Below are positions 1 through 8,310 of a stretch of 64,000 bases of DNA, piece after piece. The DNA lies in IMG/VR virus record IMGVR_UViG_3300049048_000052, positions 124,001-188,000 of that record. The stretch is one strand, 5' to 3'. Positions within the stretch are counted from its first letter, which is position 1. Every line of letters begins with the position of its first letter. The notes under the pieces are model-generated. The model did no database searches. It was not told where the DNA came from and worked only from the letters and a program-made list of their open reading frames with translations. A program made the position numbers and the translations under genes.

Positions 1-55
1 TCAAAAGAGGGCACCCATAGGTAATACTGAAACTACGCTTTGTCTCATTAAGCAT

Positions 56-301
56 GTGCCAACAGGTACTCTAGGTTATGGGACTGGGGGTGAATGGAGG
101 GTACCTGAGTACATTATCGATCAGCTAAATGAATGTGGTGAGATGGGTAAGACTCAGGTTAAGGGTGCTCAACCCTTAGATAAGCTAGCTATTGGTGGTA
201 GTGTTATTGATGCTATCACAGGTGGGAGATGGAATAGGGTTGACCAAATAGAGGTTGCCACTATACATGCCCTTGCTTATTTGTTACATGAAGTAGAATA
301 G
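56..301 (+). CDS. hypothetical protein
   Basis: ORF track; followed by a hairpin at about 308-323 and tRNA genes. Confidence 0.5.
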   Translation: MPTGTLGYGTGGEWRVPEYIIDQLNECGEMGKTQVKGAQPLDKLAIGGSVIDAITGGRWNRVDQIEVATIHALAYLLHEVE

Positions 302-328
302 ATCATAGCCCCTTAAGTGGGGCACCAC

Positions 329-402
329 GTCCCTGTGGTCCAACTGGTAGAGGTAACGGACTTAAAATCCGTGTGTTGTGGGTTCGAATCCCACCAGGGA
401 CA
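329..402 (+). tRNA. tRNA-Leu(UAA), short variable loop
   Basis: Acceptor GTCCCTG/CAGGGAC+A; anticodon arm ACGGA-CTTAAAA-TCCGT; T arm GTGGG-TTCGAAT-CCCAC; 5-nt variable loop; no CCA. Confidence 0.9.
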
Positions 403-405
403 TTT

Positions 406-480
406 GCCGCAGTAGCCCAATTGGGTAGAGGCTGTAGGTTGAGGGCTTACATGTTACAGGTTCAAATCCTGTCTGCGGTA
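406..480 (+). tRNA. tRNA-Leu(GAG), short variable loop
   Basis: Acceptor GCCGCAG/CTGCGGT+A; anticodon arm GTAGG-TTGAGGG-CTTAC; T arm ACAGG-TTCAAAT-CCTGT. Confidence 0.85.
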
Positions 481-501
481 TTATCACTATAAAGGATATG
501 T

Positions 502-2526
502 ATGTTTGAGCAATTAAGATCGGCCGTTAAGGCTCGTTTTGCTTCCCTCGTTGTAGGGAATGGTGAGAATATGTTTGTCCTGGATATCTCTAGGGATGAT
601 CTATGGAACACTTATATAACTGGATATCCAGAGGGCGCTGAAAGACAAGAGAACAACTGCAACGCCTGTAGATCTTTCATTAAGAATTATGGAGGTCTTG
701 TATGGGTAGACCCCAACACCTATGAGCTCCATAATATCTGGCAGCTAGAAGGACCCATGGCTGACTATGGCCCAGTTAAGGCTCTGAGAGAATTGGTAGA
801 ACTAGCTACTATTCGGGATGCGTTCATTAACGATACCCGTAAGTTAGGTGTTGACTATAACTTCGCCGCTGAGAGTATGACCAAGTGGACACATCTCTTC
901 TATGAGATGCCTAGGTCATTTCCTACGCAGGTACGTAGTGAAGTGCCTACCCTGCTTAATGATATTAGGACTGGTGCTAAGGCGTTTGAAAGGGCTCTAA
1001 TTGAGCTAACTACAGACAGTGTAGAGACAGTCCTAGAACTCATAGAGACTAACTCAATCTATCGAGGTGCTGAAAGTAAGGGGGTCCTTCAATCCTTCTT
1101 AACCCTAAAGCAGACCTATGATGCCTTACCAGATTACTCTAGGAAGCAAGCCTTCGCTTGGCTTACCTCTAGGAGGAATCCTGGTATAAGCCGTATCAAG
1201 AATACGGCTATCGGTACTCTGCTGGAGGATATATCTGGGGGCATGGAGCTAACCCCTGCTGTTCACAGATTTGTGGATAAAATGGATCCCAATAAGTACC
1301 AGAGACGTACTGCTGTAGTATCCTCTGGTATGATCAAGCAGGCAGAGCAGAAAGTCCTAGAGTTAGGTCTGGATACAGCCTTAGCTAGACGACACTCGAC
1401 CCTGGATGACCTGCGTATTGAGGATGTCCTCTATGTTAATAGAGATGCTGTCAAGGGAGCCCAGTCTCTCTTTGGTGAGATCATGGGAGAGGTAGAGACT
1501 AAGGTTGATCCCAAGAAGTTTGAGGACCTCAAGGATGTTACAGTAGATACGTTCCTAGAGAGTGTACTACCCGGTGCATCTAAGGTAGAGGTTCTCTTTG
1601 AGGGTAGACACTTCTCTAACCTGGTCAGCTTGACTACCGCAGTTAACCCTGATGCCAAGTATCTCTTCAAATGGGATAACCATCACTCCTGGTGTTACAA
1701 TGGGGCCCTTGCGGACTCAAGTACTAAGGCTTTGGTTAAGGCGGCAGGTGGTCAAGTAGAGGGTATACTTCGGTGTTCTCTAGGTTGGGGCAATGGAGAT
1801 GATCTAGACTTGCATCTTGAGGAACCTAACGGTTTCCATATTTACTTTGGATCTAAGAAATCTCCAACTGGAGGGGCCCTAGATGTAGATATGAATGCTG
1901 GCGGTATTGACAATAGTACCAACCCAGTAGAGAACATTATCTACCCCTATGGTAGTAACATGAGGGAAGGGGTGTATAAGGTCTGGGTAAATAACTACTC
2001 TAAGAGATCCAACGATGGCTCTGGCTTTGAGGTAGAGATGGAGTTTGGGGGACGCATCCTGAAGTTTGTCCATCCTAAACCACTGACTAATCACTCTAGT
2101 TACACTGTAGCCACCTTCAGCTACAGCAAGACAAAAGGTATCGAGCTAATCTCAGGTACTCCAGACAGCACAGGCAGCCTAAGTAAGGAGATATGGGGTA
2201 TCCAAACAGATACCTTCCATCCCGTGCAGGCTGTAACCCTATCCCCCAACTATTGGGGAGATAAGCAAATAGGTAACAAACACATGTTCCTATTCATCGA
2301 GGCCTGTAAGAATGATGGCATCGTCCGAGGACTCTTTAATGAGTTCCTACGTCAGGAATTGGCCCCGCATAGGACCGCCTTTGAGTTATTAGGAGCCAAA
2401 CTTCAGGTAGCCCAGAGTGATGGTCCTCAATTAAGCGGACTTGGCTTCTCATCCACTCAGGCTGCAGACTTTGTAGTCAGAGTGACCGGGAAGACGGTTC
2501 GTATGTTACGTGTGAAGACTTTGTAG
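502..2526 (+). CDS. large phage protein with C-terminal YfaP/DUF2135-like domain
   Basis: 674 aa; LGWGNGDDLDLHLEEP...LDVDMN...ENI motif; N-terminal CNAC. Confidence 0.6.
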   Translation: MFEQLRSAVKARFASLVVGNGENMFVLDISRDDLWNTYITGYPEGAERQENNCNACRSFIKNYGGLVWVDPNTYELHNIWQLEGPMADYGPVKALRELVELATIRDAFINDTRKLGVDYNFAAESMTKWTHLFYEMPRSFPTQVRSEVPTLLNDIRTGAKAFERALIELTTDSVETVLELIETNSIYRGAESKGVLQSFLTLKQTYDALPDYSRKQAFAWLTSRRNPGISRIKNTAIGTLLEDISGGMELTPAVHRFVDKMDPNKYQRRTAVVSSGMIKQAEQKVLELGLDTALARRHSTLDDLRIEDVLYVNRDAVKGAQSLFGEIMGEVETKVDPKKFEDLKDVTVDTFLESVLPGASKVEVLFEGRHFSNLVSLTTAVNPDAKYLFKWDNHHSWCYNGALADSSTKALVKAAGGQVEGILRCSLGWGNGDDLDLHLEEPNGFHIYFGSKKSPTGGALDVDMNAGGIDNSTNPVENIIYPYGSNMREGVYKVWVNNYSKRSNDGSGFEVEMEFGGRILKFVHPKPLTNHSSYTVATFSYSKTKGIELISGTPDSTGSLSKEIWGIQTDTFHPVQAVTLSPNYWGDKQIGNKHMFLFIEACKNDGIVRGLFNEFLRQELAPHRTAFELLGAKLQVAQSDGPQLSGLGFSSTQAADFVVRVTGKTVRMLRVKTL

Positions 2527-2542
2527 TTGTAAGGAAAGACTA

Positions 2543-2932
2543 ATGCAAGACATGATGTATAAGAAGGCTGTTCGCATGAAGCTGCGTTTCCAGGCAGCTA
2601 AAGGGCAGATTACAATGGAGGACCTATATGGTCTTTCCTTGGAAGTCCTAAATGGCATGGCCAATGAGGTGAACGAACGCCTCAACAAGAATGCCGTCAG
2701 CTTCATCCCTGATGCCACCGTCAACAAGGGTAACGAAGAGGATACACTAAGACTGGAGATCCTCAAGGATGTAATCCTGACTAAATATCAGGAGCAACAG
2801 GCCCGAGCCAATGCTGCAGAGTTAGCCCGTAGGAAACAAGACCTTATGGATGCTTTCCATCAAGTGCAGCAGAAAGATCTCTTGAGTAAGACCCCTCAAG
2901 AGATTGAGGCAATGATTGCAGCCTTAGGATAG
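2543..2932 (+). CDS. hypothetical coiled-coil phage protein
   Basis: 129 aa, KLRF...G.IT.EDLY motif; co-transcribed with the upstream gene. Confidence 0.7.
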   Translation: MQDMMYKKAVRMKLRFQAAKGQITMEDLYGLSLEVLNGMANEVNERLNKNAVSFIPDATVNKGNEEDTLRLEILKDVILTKYQEQQARANAAELARRKQDLMDAFHQVQQKDLLSKTPQEIEAMIAALG

Positions 2933-2943
2933 TCGATAACCTA

Positions 2944-2965
2944 GAGGGGGTAGTAATACCCCCTC
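2944..2965 (+). terminator. stem-loop, probable terminator
   Basis: GAGGGGGTA-GTAA-TACCCCCTC. Confidence 0.6.
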
Positions 2966-3006
2966 AACGTCAAGGCTTAGTTACAATAGTTAGTTAGGAG
3001 ATAACT

Positions 3007-3405
3007 ATGAGGAAGGCTAAAGCGACCAGGATAGGTTCTACGAAGAGTAGAATCTCAGTTAGTAGGAATGGTTTGTGGGAGGCTCAGGGGGCTATTGTAG
3101 CCTTAGCTGGGACTTTAGCCACAGATCCTTTCGTTATGGCTAATCTACTTAGCATAAGGAAGAGATTACCACGGGCCCCTATTGCTCATACCTTAGAGGC
3201 ATGTCAAAAGATCAGTGCTTCTCTAAGAGGAACCGCAATCTACTTAAGACACGACACAACCAACGAGTTAGTAAAGGTGGTAAATGCCGCTCAGTTCTGC
3301 AGAGAACGAGGGCTACATAGCAATGGTAATGGTATAAGCATGATGCTAAGAGGTAGCGTCAGGAGTTACCATGGGTGGCGGCTGGTAGGACAGAACGATT
3401 TATAG
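3007..3405 (+). CDS. NUMOD3/NUMOD1-like DNA-binding protein (homing-endonuclease remnant?)
   Basis: ACQKISASLRG and NAAQFCRERGL...ISMMLRG..RSYHGWRL; no nuclease motif seen. Confidence 0.5.
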   Translation: MRKAKATRIGSTKSRISVSRNGLWEAQGAIVALAGTLATDPFVMANLLSIRKRLPRAPIAHTLEACQKISASLRGTAIYLRHDTTNELVKVVNAAQFCRERGLHSNGNGISMMLRGSVRSYHGWRLVGQNDL

Positions 3406-3460
3406 ATAAGATACAATAGGCCCTTGATCTTTATCTTGGGCCTTATAGAGGACAATAACT

Positions 3461-3679
3461 ATGGCAAACGATTGGGATACTTTGGATAAAGGAATCGACG
3501 CCCTAGACCAAATTGTGACTAAGTGTGAGGAAGCTAAGTTTAATTACTTCCATGGTGATAGTGATATTCATGATTTTGAGGGTGGTAGGCTAGTAGGTGC
3601 CTTTGAGTTAGCCCGTGAGATTATACATATAATAAGGAGCATTAGGGATGACGGATCAGGAGAAACTGAAAGTAATTAA
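3461..3679 (+). CDS. hypothetical protein
   Basis: ORF with GAGG SD. Confidence 0.6.
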   Translation: MANDWDTLDKGIDALDQIVTKCEEAKFNYFHGDSDIHDFEGGRLVGAFELAREIIHIIRSIRDDGSGETESN

Positions 3680-3792
3680 GGATATGTGTAATGGTGCCCT
3701 GAAGGAGACTTATGAGTCCTGGGATACAACTTGGGATTGCGGTTTCATATCAGGTAAAAAGGATTTATCAGAGAGTATATTGAAGGTCTTAG

Positions 3793-4392
3793 GTGATGGT
3801 TAAGAAAGTAAAAACTAGGTGTAAGAGAATCCTAGAAACGTACGGGAGAAGATATAGCAATATAGTAGATAAGATGTCTGCTGCCCTAAGTTGTGAAGTA
3901 TATAAGCTTTGTACCGATTGGAAGATTAACTTCAAACCACAGGTATTGTGGGGCCTTGGATTTACATGCGCCTATTCCTATAGAGGTAAAGAGATCCACT
4001 ACAACATGGGAGTCAGCTTTGATAAAACCATCGAGGTTATGGACCTAGACCTTTACAAAGCTATGGATACCTATGTAGGTCTAAAGTCACATACGCCCAT
4101 TGGTAACCTAGTAAAGGACTGGGACTGTTCCTTACTTTATGAAGAAGAGGCTACCCTTATTAAGATTGGGACTGGCTTTAAGGATGACCCAAAAGGGAAA
4201 GAGTTAAGCCTGGTGGCTTGCAATGAGGACCTAATATTTGAAAGAGGTTTCAGTTATGTAGGTCCTGTATATAAGGATAGAGCGTTAGAAGTGGCTGAGG
4301 TTTACCAGAACAATCCTGAGCAAGGTAAATGGGCAGTAACAGGTCTAGGTTATTTTGGGCCTAATGAATTAGAGAAGCTAACTAAATCCTAG
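3793..4392 (+). CDS. hypothetical protein
   Basis: 199-aa ORF in gene array. Confidence 0.6.
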   Translation: MMVKKVKTRCKRILETYGRRYSNIVDKMSAALSCEVYKLCTDWKINFKPQVLWGLGFTCAYSYRGKEIHYNMGVSFDKTIEVMDLDLYKAMDTYVGLKSHTPIGNLVKDWDCSLLYEEEATLIKIGTGFKDDPKGKELSLVACNEDLIFERGFSYVGPVYKDRALEVAEVYQNNPEQGKWAVTGLGYFGPNELEKLTKS

Positions 4393-4418
4393 GATCTATG
4401 GTATACTCCATATACCAA

Positions 4419-4490
4419 CGGGGTGTAAGTCACCGGTAGACGTTCTGATTTGGGGTCAGAAAGAAGTTAGTTCGATTCTAACCATCCCGA
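4419..4490 (+). tRNA. tRNA-Pro(UGG)
   Basis: Acceptor CGGGGTG/CATCCCG+A; anticodon arm TCTGA-TTTGGGG-TCAGA; T arm GTTAG-TTCGATT-CTAAC. Confidence 0.9.
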
Positions 4491-4554
4491 CTTTACCTAC
4501 AAATAGTCCATGGGTTACCCTCTATAATCACCAGTATTATAGAGAGGTACTGCT

Positions 4555-4827
4555 ATGAGCTATGAGAGTCCTAATGATCTTATTGTGGGATTCTATGTCA
4601 ATAGGATCTTAGAGTTAGCTGAGACAGACCCTGAGCTAGAGGAAACATTTGACTATATAGAGGAGAACCTTAGCGATGCTACTGAAGAGATCATAGCTGA
4701 GGTTACCATCAAGGTAGGTAGAAGATTAAAGGATAAACATAAGGGTAAGTACATATTGTTCTTAGTCTATATGTATGGACCTGATACTGAAGATATATTA
4801 CAGATAGATAGGAAGATCATATGTTAA
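4555..4827 (+). CDS. hypothetical protein
   Basis: ORF with GAGAGG SD. Confidence 0.6.
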   Translation: MSYESPNDLIVGFYVNRILELAETDPELEETFDYIEENLSDATEEIIAEVTIKVGRRLKDKHKGKYILFLVYMYGPDTEDILQIDRKIIC

Positions 4828-5375
4828 TAGAGAGGCTCCTAATGGAGGGGGCGGATGTATCTATATATTACATAGATAACCTTGATACGGCAATGTTAAT
4901 GGATGAGTTAACAAAAGCTGTAGAATGGGATACTATGGGTGGTACTAGAAGGAAGATGGCATGGTTTGGAAGGGGAGAGTATACCTATCGGGATAGACTT
5001 CATAAACCTCAGGATATGCCATTGGTCGTTAAGATAGCTAAGGCACCAGTAGAACGAGTGACTGGCCACACCTACAATGGTTGTCTAGCTAATTGTTATG
5101 AGAATGGGAGGATAGGGGTTAACTGGCATTCAGATGATGAGTCTATACCAGGTTCACCTATAGCCATACTATCTCTAGGTGCAACCCGTACCTTTAGGAT
5201 GATGCATAAAGTATTAGGTATCAGCAGGGAGTGGAGACTGGCAGCAGGTACTGTACTTGTCATGTCTGGTCCTACTCAAGAGAACTGGATGCATTGCATT
5301 CCTAAAGAGGGAGAAGTTAAAGAGGCTCGTATCAGTCTTACATACAGACAAACTAAGTTGACCTCCGTAGATTGA
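4821..5375 (+). CDS. alkB: AlkB-family 2OG-Fe(II) dioxygenase
   Basis: N.CLANCY..G....WHSDDE, SLGATRTF, WMHCIPK, RISLTYR motifs. Confidence 0.9.
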   Translation: MLIERLLMEGADVSIYYIDNLDTAMLMDELTKAVEWDTMGGTRRKMAWFGRGEYTYRDRLHKPQDMPLVVKIAKAPVERVTGHTYNGCLANCYENGRIGVNWHSDDESIPGSPIAILSLGATRTFRMMHKVLGISREWRLAAGTVLVMSGPTQENWMHCIPKEGEVKEARISLTYRQTKLTSVD

Positions 5376-5417
5376 GGGGTTATGCTTAGAGTATATAGTT
5401 AGTAATCTTATACTCTA

Positions 5418-5831
5418 ATGCATAGCAAGTCGAAGGGTAACATAGGGCAGTTTTATGCTGCTGCTAAATTGGCCGAGTTAGAGTTCGCCGTATTCACTGA
5501 GGAGGGAGATAACTCCAAGGTGGATATAATAGGGGTTAAGGATAATATAATACTTAGGTTTCAGGTAAAAGCTGTAACTCCTAAGAATAATACATTAGCT
5601 TTAATGCTGAAGAAATCTGGTCCTAATTATAAGTTTAAGTATAAAGAGGAGATGTTTGACTACTTTATAGTAGTTGACCTTATTAGCTTTAAAGTATATG
5701 CTGTAAGTTCGGAGGTACTAAGAACCCATCAAGATACTTTTACTATAAGATTAGTAGCAGCGAAAAACAAGCAGAGTTGTAATACGAATGAGGCAGACGA
5801 TTACCTCATGGAGAAAGTTTTGGGTCATTAA
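5418..5831 (+). CDS. PD-(D/E)XK homing endonuclease (I-Ssp6803I-like)
   Basis: SKSKGNIG, VDII...RFQVK, Y..EMFDYF motifs; stop codon lies inside tRNA-Lys. Confidence 0.75.
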   Translation: MHSKSKGNIGQFYAAAKLAELEFAVFTEEGDNSKVDIIGVKDNIILRFQVKAVTPKNNTLALMLKKSGPNYKFKYKEEMFDYFIVVDLISFKVYAVSSEVLRTHQDTFTIRLVAAKNKQSCNTNEADDYLMEKVLGH

Positions 5832-5894
5832 CTTAGCGGCTAAAGTACCTAGCTTTTAACTAGGGAACCGAAGGTTCGAGTCCTTCATGACCCA
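5822..5894 (+). tRNA. tRNA-Lys(UUU)
   Basis: Acceptor GGGTCAT/ATGACCC+A; anticodon arm CCTAG-CTTTTAA-CTAGG; T arm GAAGG-TTCGAGT-CCTTC. Confidence 0.95.
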
Positions 5895-5953
5895 CTGGTT
5901 CTATAAAATAGAACTGGTTGAGGGGGAGTGGTGTAATGGTAGCCACGCAGGTC

Positions 5954-6499
5954 TTAACTCATTGGAGTTAGTTGGTGTATTAGTTTATAAGCGTTCTTAA
6001 CTAGATCTCTAGAGAGCATCTTACCACCAGATATCAATTTTATAATTGGGTTCTTGCGTGAGTGGTCTAACTGAAATCTAGCTTGAGGATATAAGTCCAG
6101 GAAGGATGTGGCAGTATCTTTATTAGAGGCAGCTATTTCTATCCTATAAGTCTTAACTTTATAGACTTGTACTAAAAGTTGCTTTATCAGATCTATTAAA
6201 GTAGGATCCTGGTTGCAGAAGTAAACATGATTTGTTTTATCTGTATGCCAGCCCTCACATAAATAGGCCGTATGGGCAGCAATGGAAAGAGGTGTTAGGA
6301 GTAAATCATCTGTAGGGGAGATATAGTTCTTCCTAGCTAGAAAGTTATACTCTGAGGCAGATCTCATTGGTATATGGTACTTCCTTAAGTAAGACCTAAT
6401 AGTCTTATGGTTACAGGCTAGTAACTGACCTATCTGATAGGGATTAAGTTCCTGAGTCAGGTATAGATCCTCAAGTACCTCTTTATTAATTAACTTCAT
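5954..6499 (-). CDS. intron-encoded HTH + LAGLIDADG-like endonuclease, antisense to the intron
   Basis: N-terminal HTH (LEDLYL...QIGQLLACNHKTIRSYLRKYHI); AYLCEGW...VYFCNQDPTLI LAGLIDADG-like block. Confidence 0.7.
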   Translation of the reverse strand: MKLINKEVLEDLYLTQELNPYQIGQLLACNHKTIRSYLRKYHIPMRSASEYNFLARKNYISPTDDLLLTPLSIAAHTAYLCEGWHTDKTNHVYFCNQDPTLIDLIKQLLVQVYKVKTYRIEIAASNKDTATSFLDLYPQARFQLDHSRKNPIIKLISGGKMLSRDLVKNAYKLIHQLTPMS

Positions 6500-6753
6500 A
6501 ATCCTGAGCCTTCATGTAGAAATACATGTTGTGAACGAAGCTATATGCGGGAAACGCTTAAAGCCTACAACACTATATGTCTACCAAGATATAAGTAACA
6601 GTTTGTAGGATGTAACAATAGCCAATCCGCAGGGAAGATACCTAGGTATCCCCTCAGAGACTAAACGCTTTGCACCTTAACGTAGAGACGAAGGTGATGA
6701 TATAGTCCAGACTACAACAGCTTACGCTGGCCTATGAAAGTAGGAGTAGTAAG
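5956..6753 (+). mobile_element. group I intron in tRNA-Leu anticodon (after U34)
   Basis: Exon ends in U, intron ends in G; core elements ATATGCGGGAAA (P), AATCCGCAGG (Q), TCAGAGACTAAA (R), GATGATATAGTCC (S); IGS-like GAGCCT at 6506-6511. Confidence 0.9.
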
Positions 6754-6908
6754 AGGAACCTGTGCCGCAAGGCGTGAGAGTTCGAATCTCTCCTCCCCCA
6801 TTTACAGTAGTGAGCACACGGTATGATGTAGGGTTCCCCCTACTTGTACTAAGGCTAATACCTTTGCTATATTCACTACTGTAAACATATTGATTGTTTC
6901 TAATAATT

Positions 6909-7325
6909 ATGGAAACACAAATGGCATTATTTGGTTTTGGTGGTTCTAACTCTGCTATCGATGAGTTAAGCCGTGTCTTAGGTGCAAGTAGCTCTATTGC
7001 TAGCCAACAGAGTCCCCCGTATGAAATTGGGATCTCTGATCGTAAACTAGTAGTTAAGTTCATAGTACCTGGTATCGATAAGGATACTGTTGATGTGACC
7101 ATCCATGATAAGTACGTAGAGCTATATGGCATGCGTAAGAAGGATGATAAGTTAGCAGTTGAACTGAGTGAGTTCTATTACGGTAAGGTTTATCGTACAG
7201 CCCCACTAAGTCAGAGAGTAGACAGAAACTCTGCCTCTGTATCTTACTCAGATGGTATTCTGACTCTCTCTATGGATCTATTACCAGTTAATCCTCCCAC
7301 TGCGGTTAGGGTTAAATTAGGTTAA
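6909..7325 (+). CDS. hsp20: small heat shock protein Hsp20
   Basis: VPGIDKDTVDVTI, EFYYGKVYRT, ASVSYSDGILTL alpha-crystallin motifs; start moved to ATG 6909. Confidence 0.9.
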   Translation: METQMALFGFGGSNSAIDELSRVLGASSSIASQQSPPYEIGISDRKLVVKFIVPGIDKDTVDVTIHDKYVELYGMRKKDDKLAVELSEFYYGKVYRTAPLSQRVDRNSASVSYSDGILTLSMDLLPVNPPTAVRVKLG

Positions 7326-7347
7326 ACATTATAGGAGTTATTGATCT

Positions 7348-7860
7348 ATGCAGTTAAACATTATGAGTGGTTCTACGGGGGATCCACCTTGGAGAACAGA
7401 TGATGTGGGTAGGCGTATCCCAGACCGAACTGGGACAACTAAGGGTGGTTATATACCGGACTATCCTGGTATCGGTTTCCCTAAGCCTCCTAATACTTTC
7501 TATCACCTAATTAACTCAACCTATAAGGCACCTGCTGATATACCATGTGATGCTAATAGTGTTGGCACTCAGTTCATCGCTGTGTTCAACTTGGGTGGTG
7601 TAAGGAAGGAGGATATTGATATCACTGTCCATCCTGACAGAGTAGAGATATCTGCTACTAGAAGTCTCAGCGGCCCTAAGTCGTTGAGTCTTTATAGTAG
7701 TGAAGTCTCCTGCGGTAAGCTAAGGCGCACCATCCCATTTGAGGATACTAAGGTCAACATCGAGACAGCTAAGGCTGACTATGATAATGGACTGGTAACT
7801 CTCACAATGGACCTGCTTCAACCTAAGCCGCCACCGGCCGTCAAGGTAGAAATCAAATAA
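7348..7860 (+). CDS. hsp20: small heat shock protein Hsp20 (second copy)
   Basis: LGGVRKEDIDITV, GKLRRTIPF, AKADYDNGLVTL. Confidence 0.9.
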   Translation: MQLNIMSGSTGDPPWRTDDVGRRIPDRTGTTKGGYIPDYPGIGFPKPPNTFYHLINSTYKAPADIPCDANSVGTQFIAVFNLGGVRKEDIDITVHPDRVEISATRSLSGPKSLSLYSSEVSCGKLRRTIPFEDTKVNIETAKADYDNGLVTLTMDLLQPKPPPAVKVEIK

Positions 7861-7924
7861 GAAGGATACCTTCCTTACTGTATAACTGCTATAGTTATCA
7901 TTAGTAAGGAAGGTATTAACTTAT

Positions 7925-8272
7925 ATGGAAATGGATATATTTAGCCCCTCAAGACTCGTCTGTATTCACTATGGAAATAATGCTATAGATGAGATAATGG
8001 ATGGTAGAGCTGAGGAAGCCCTAGATAAACTAGAGAAGGCTCGTGAGGATGATATGTTCGATATGGAGCATTATCAATCTATACTGCTCTATGTGGGTGC
8101 ATGCCTTAAACAAGAGAGCATGGGCCATTATATACAATTCCTATTGACTATCTTTGATGAAGATGATATTACTAGTATTAACACCGCAGATTCTAAGGTC
8201 AATGGTGTCCTAGCGGAAGCGGCAGCAATCCATAGCGGGGATGGAGCAACGGGAGGCTCGATGGTCTCATAA
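7925..8272 (+). CDS. hypothetical protein (3' end overlaps tRNA)
   Basis: ORF with AAGGAAGG SD; stop codon falls in the anticodon loop of the tRNA at 8234. Confidence 0.55.
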   Translation: MEMDIFSPSRLVCIHYGNNAIDEIMDGRAEEALDKLEKAREDDMFDMEHYQSILLYVGACLKQESMGHYIQFLLTIFDEDDITSINTADSKVNGVLAEAAAIHSGDGATGGSMVS

Positions 8273-8308
8273 GCCATACATCGCTGAGTTCAATTCTCAG
8301 CCCCGACA
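8234..8308 (+). tRNA. tRNA-Met(CAU), initiator-like body, irregular acceptor stem
   Basis: D stem GAGC/GCTC; anticodon arm ATGGT-CTCATAA-GCCAT; T arm CTGAG-TTCAATT-CTCAG; only CGGGG/CCCCG of the acceptor pairs. Confidence 0.7.
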
Positions 8309-8310
8309 TT

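Larger units (their letters stand above)
5922..6800 (+). tRNA. tRNA-Leu(UAG), split by a group I intron (exons 5922-5955 and 6754-6800)
   Basis: Acceptor GGGGGAG/CTCCCCC+A; joined exons give CAGGT-CT TAG GA-ACCTG; long variable arm GCC-GCAA-GGC; T arm GAGAG-TTCGAAT-CTCTC. Confidence 0.9.

Noticed and set aside
5922-5957. Calling the intron-containing tRNA Leu(UAA)
   Set aside because: The AA belongs to the intron; U|...G| boundaries and a 7-nt loop give UAG
6722-7132. Minus-strand 136-aa ORF and similar shadow ORFs (e.g. 12831-13148, 15745-16179, 32636-33025, 43518-43913, 48336-48773)
   Set aside because: Antisense to well-supported genes or tRNAs, with no motifs
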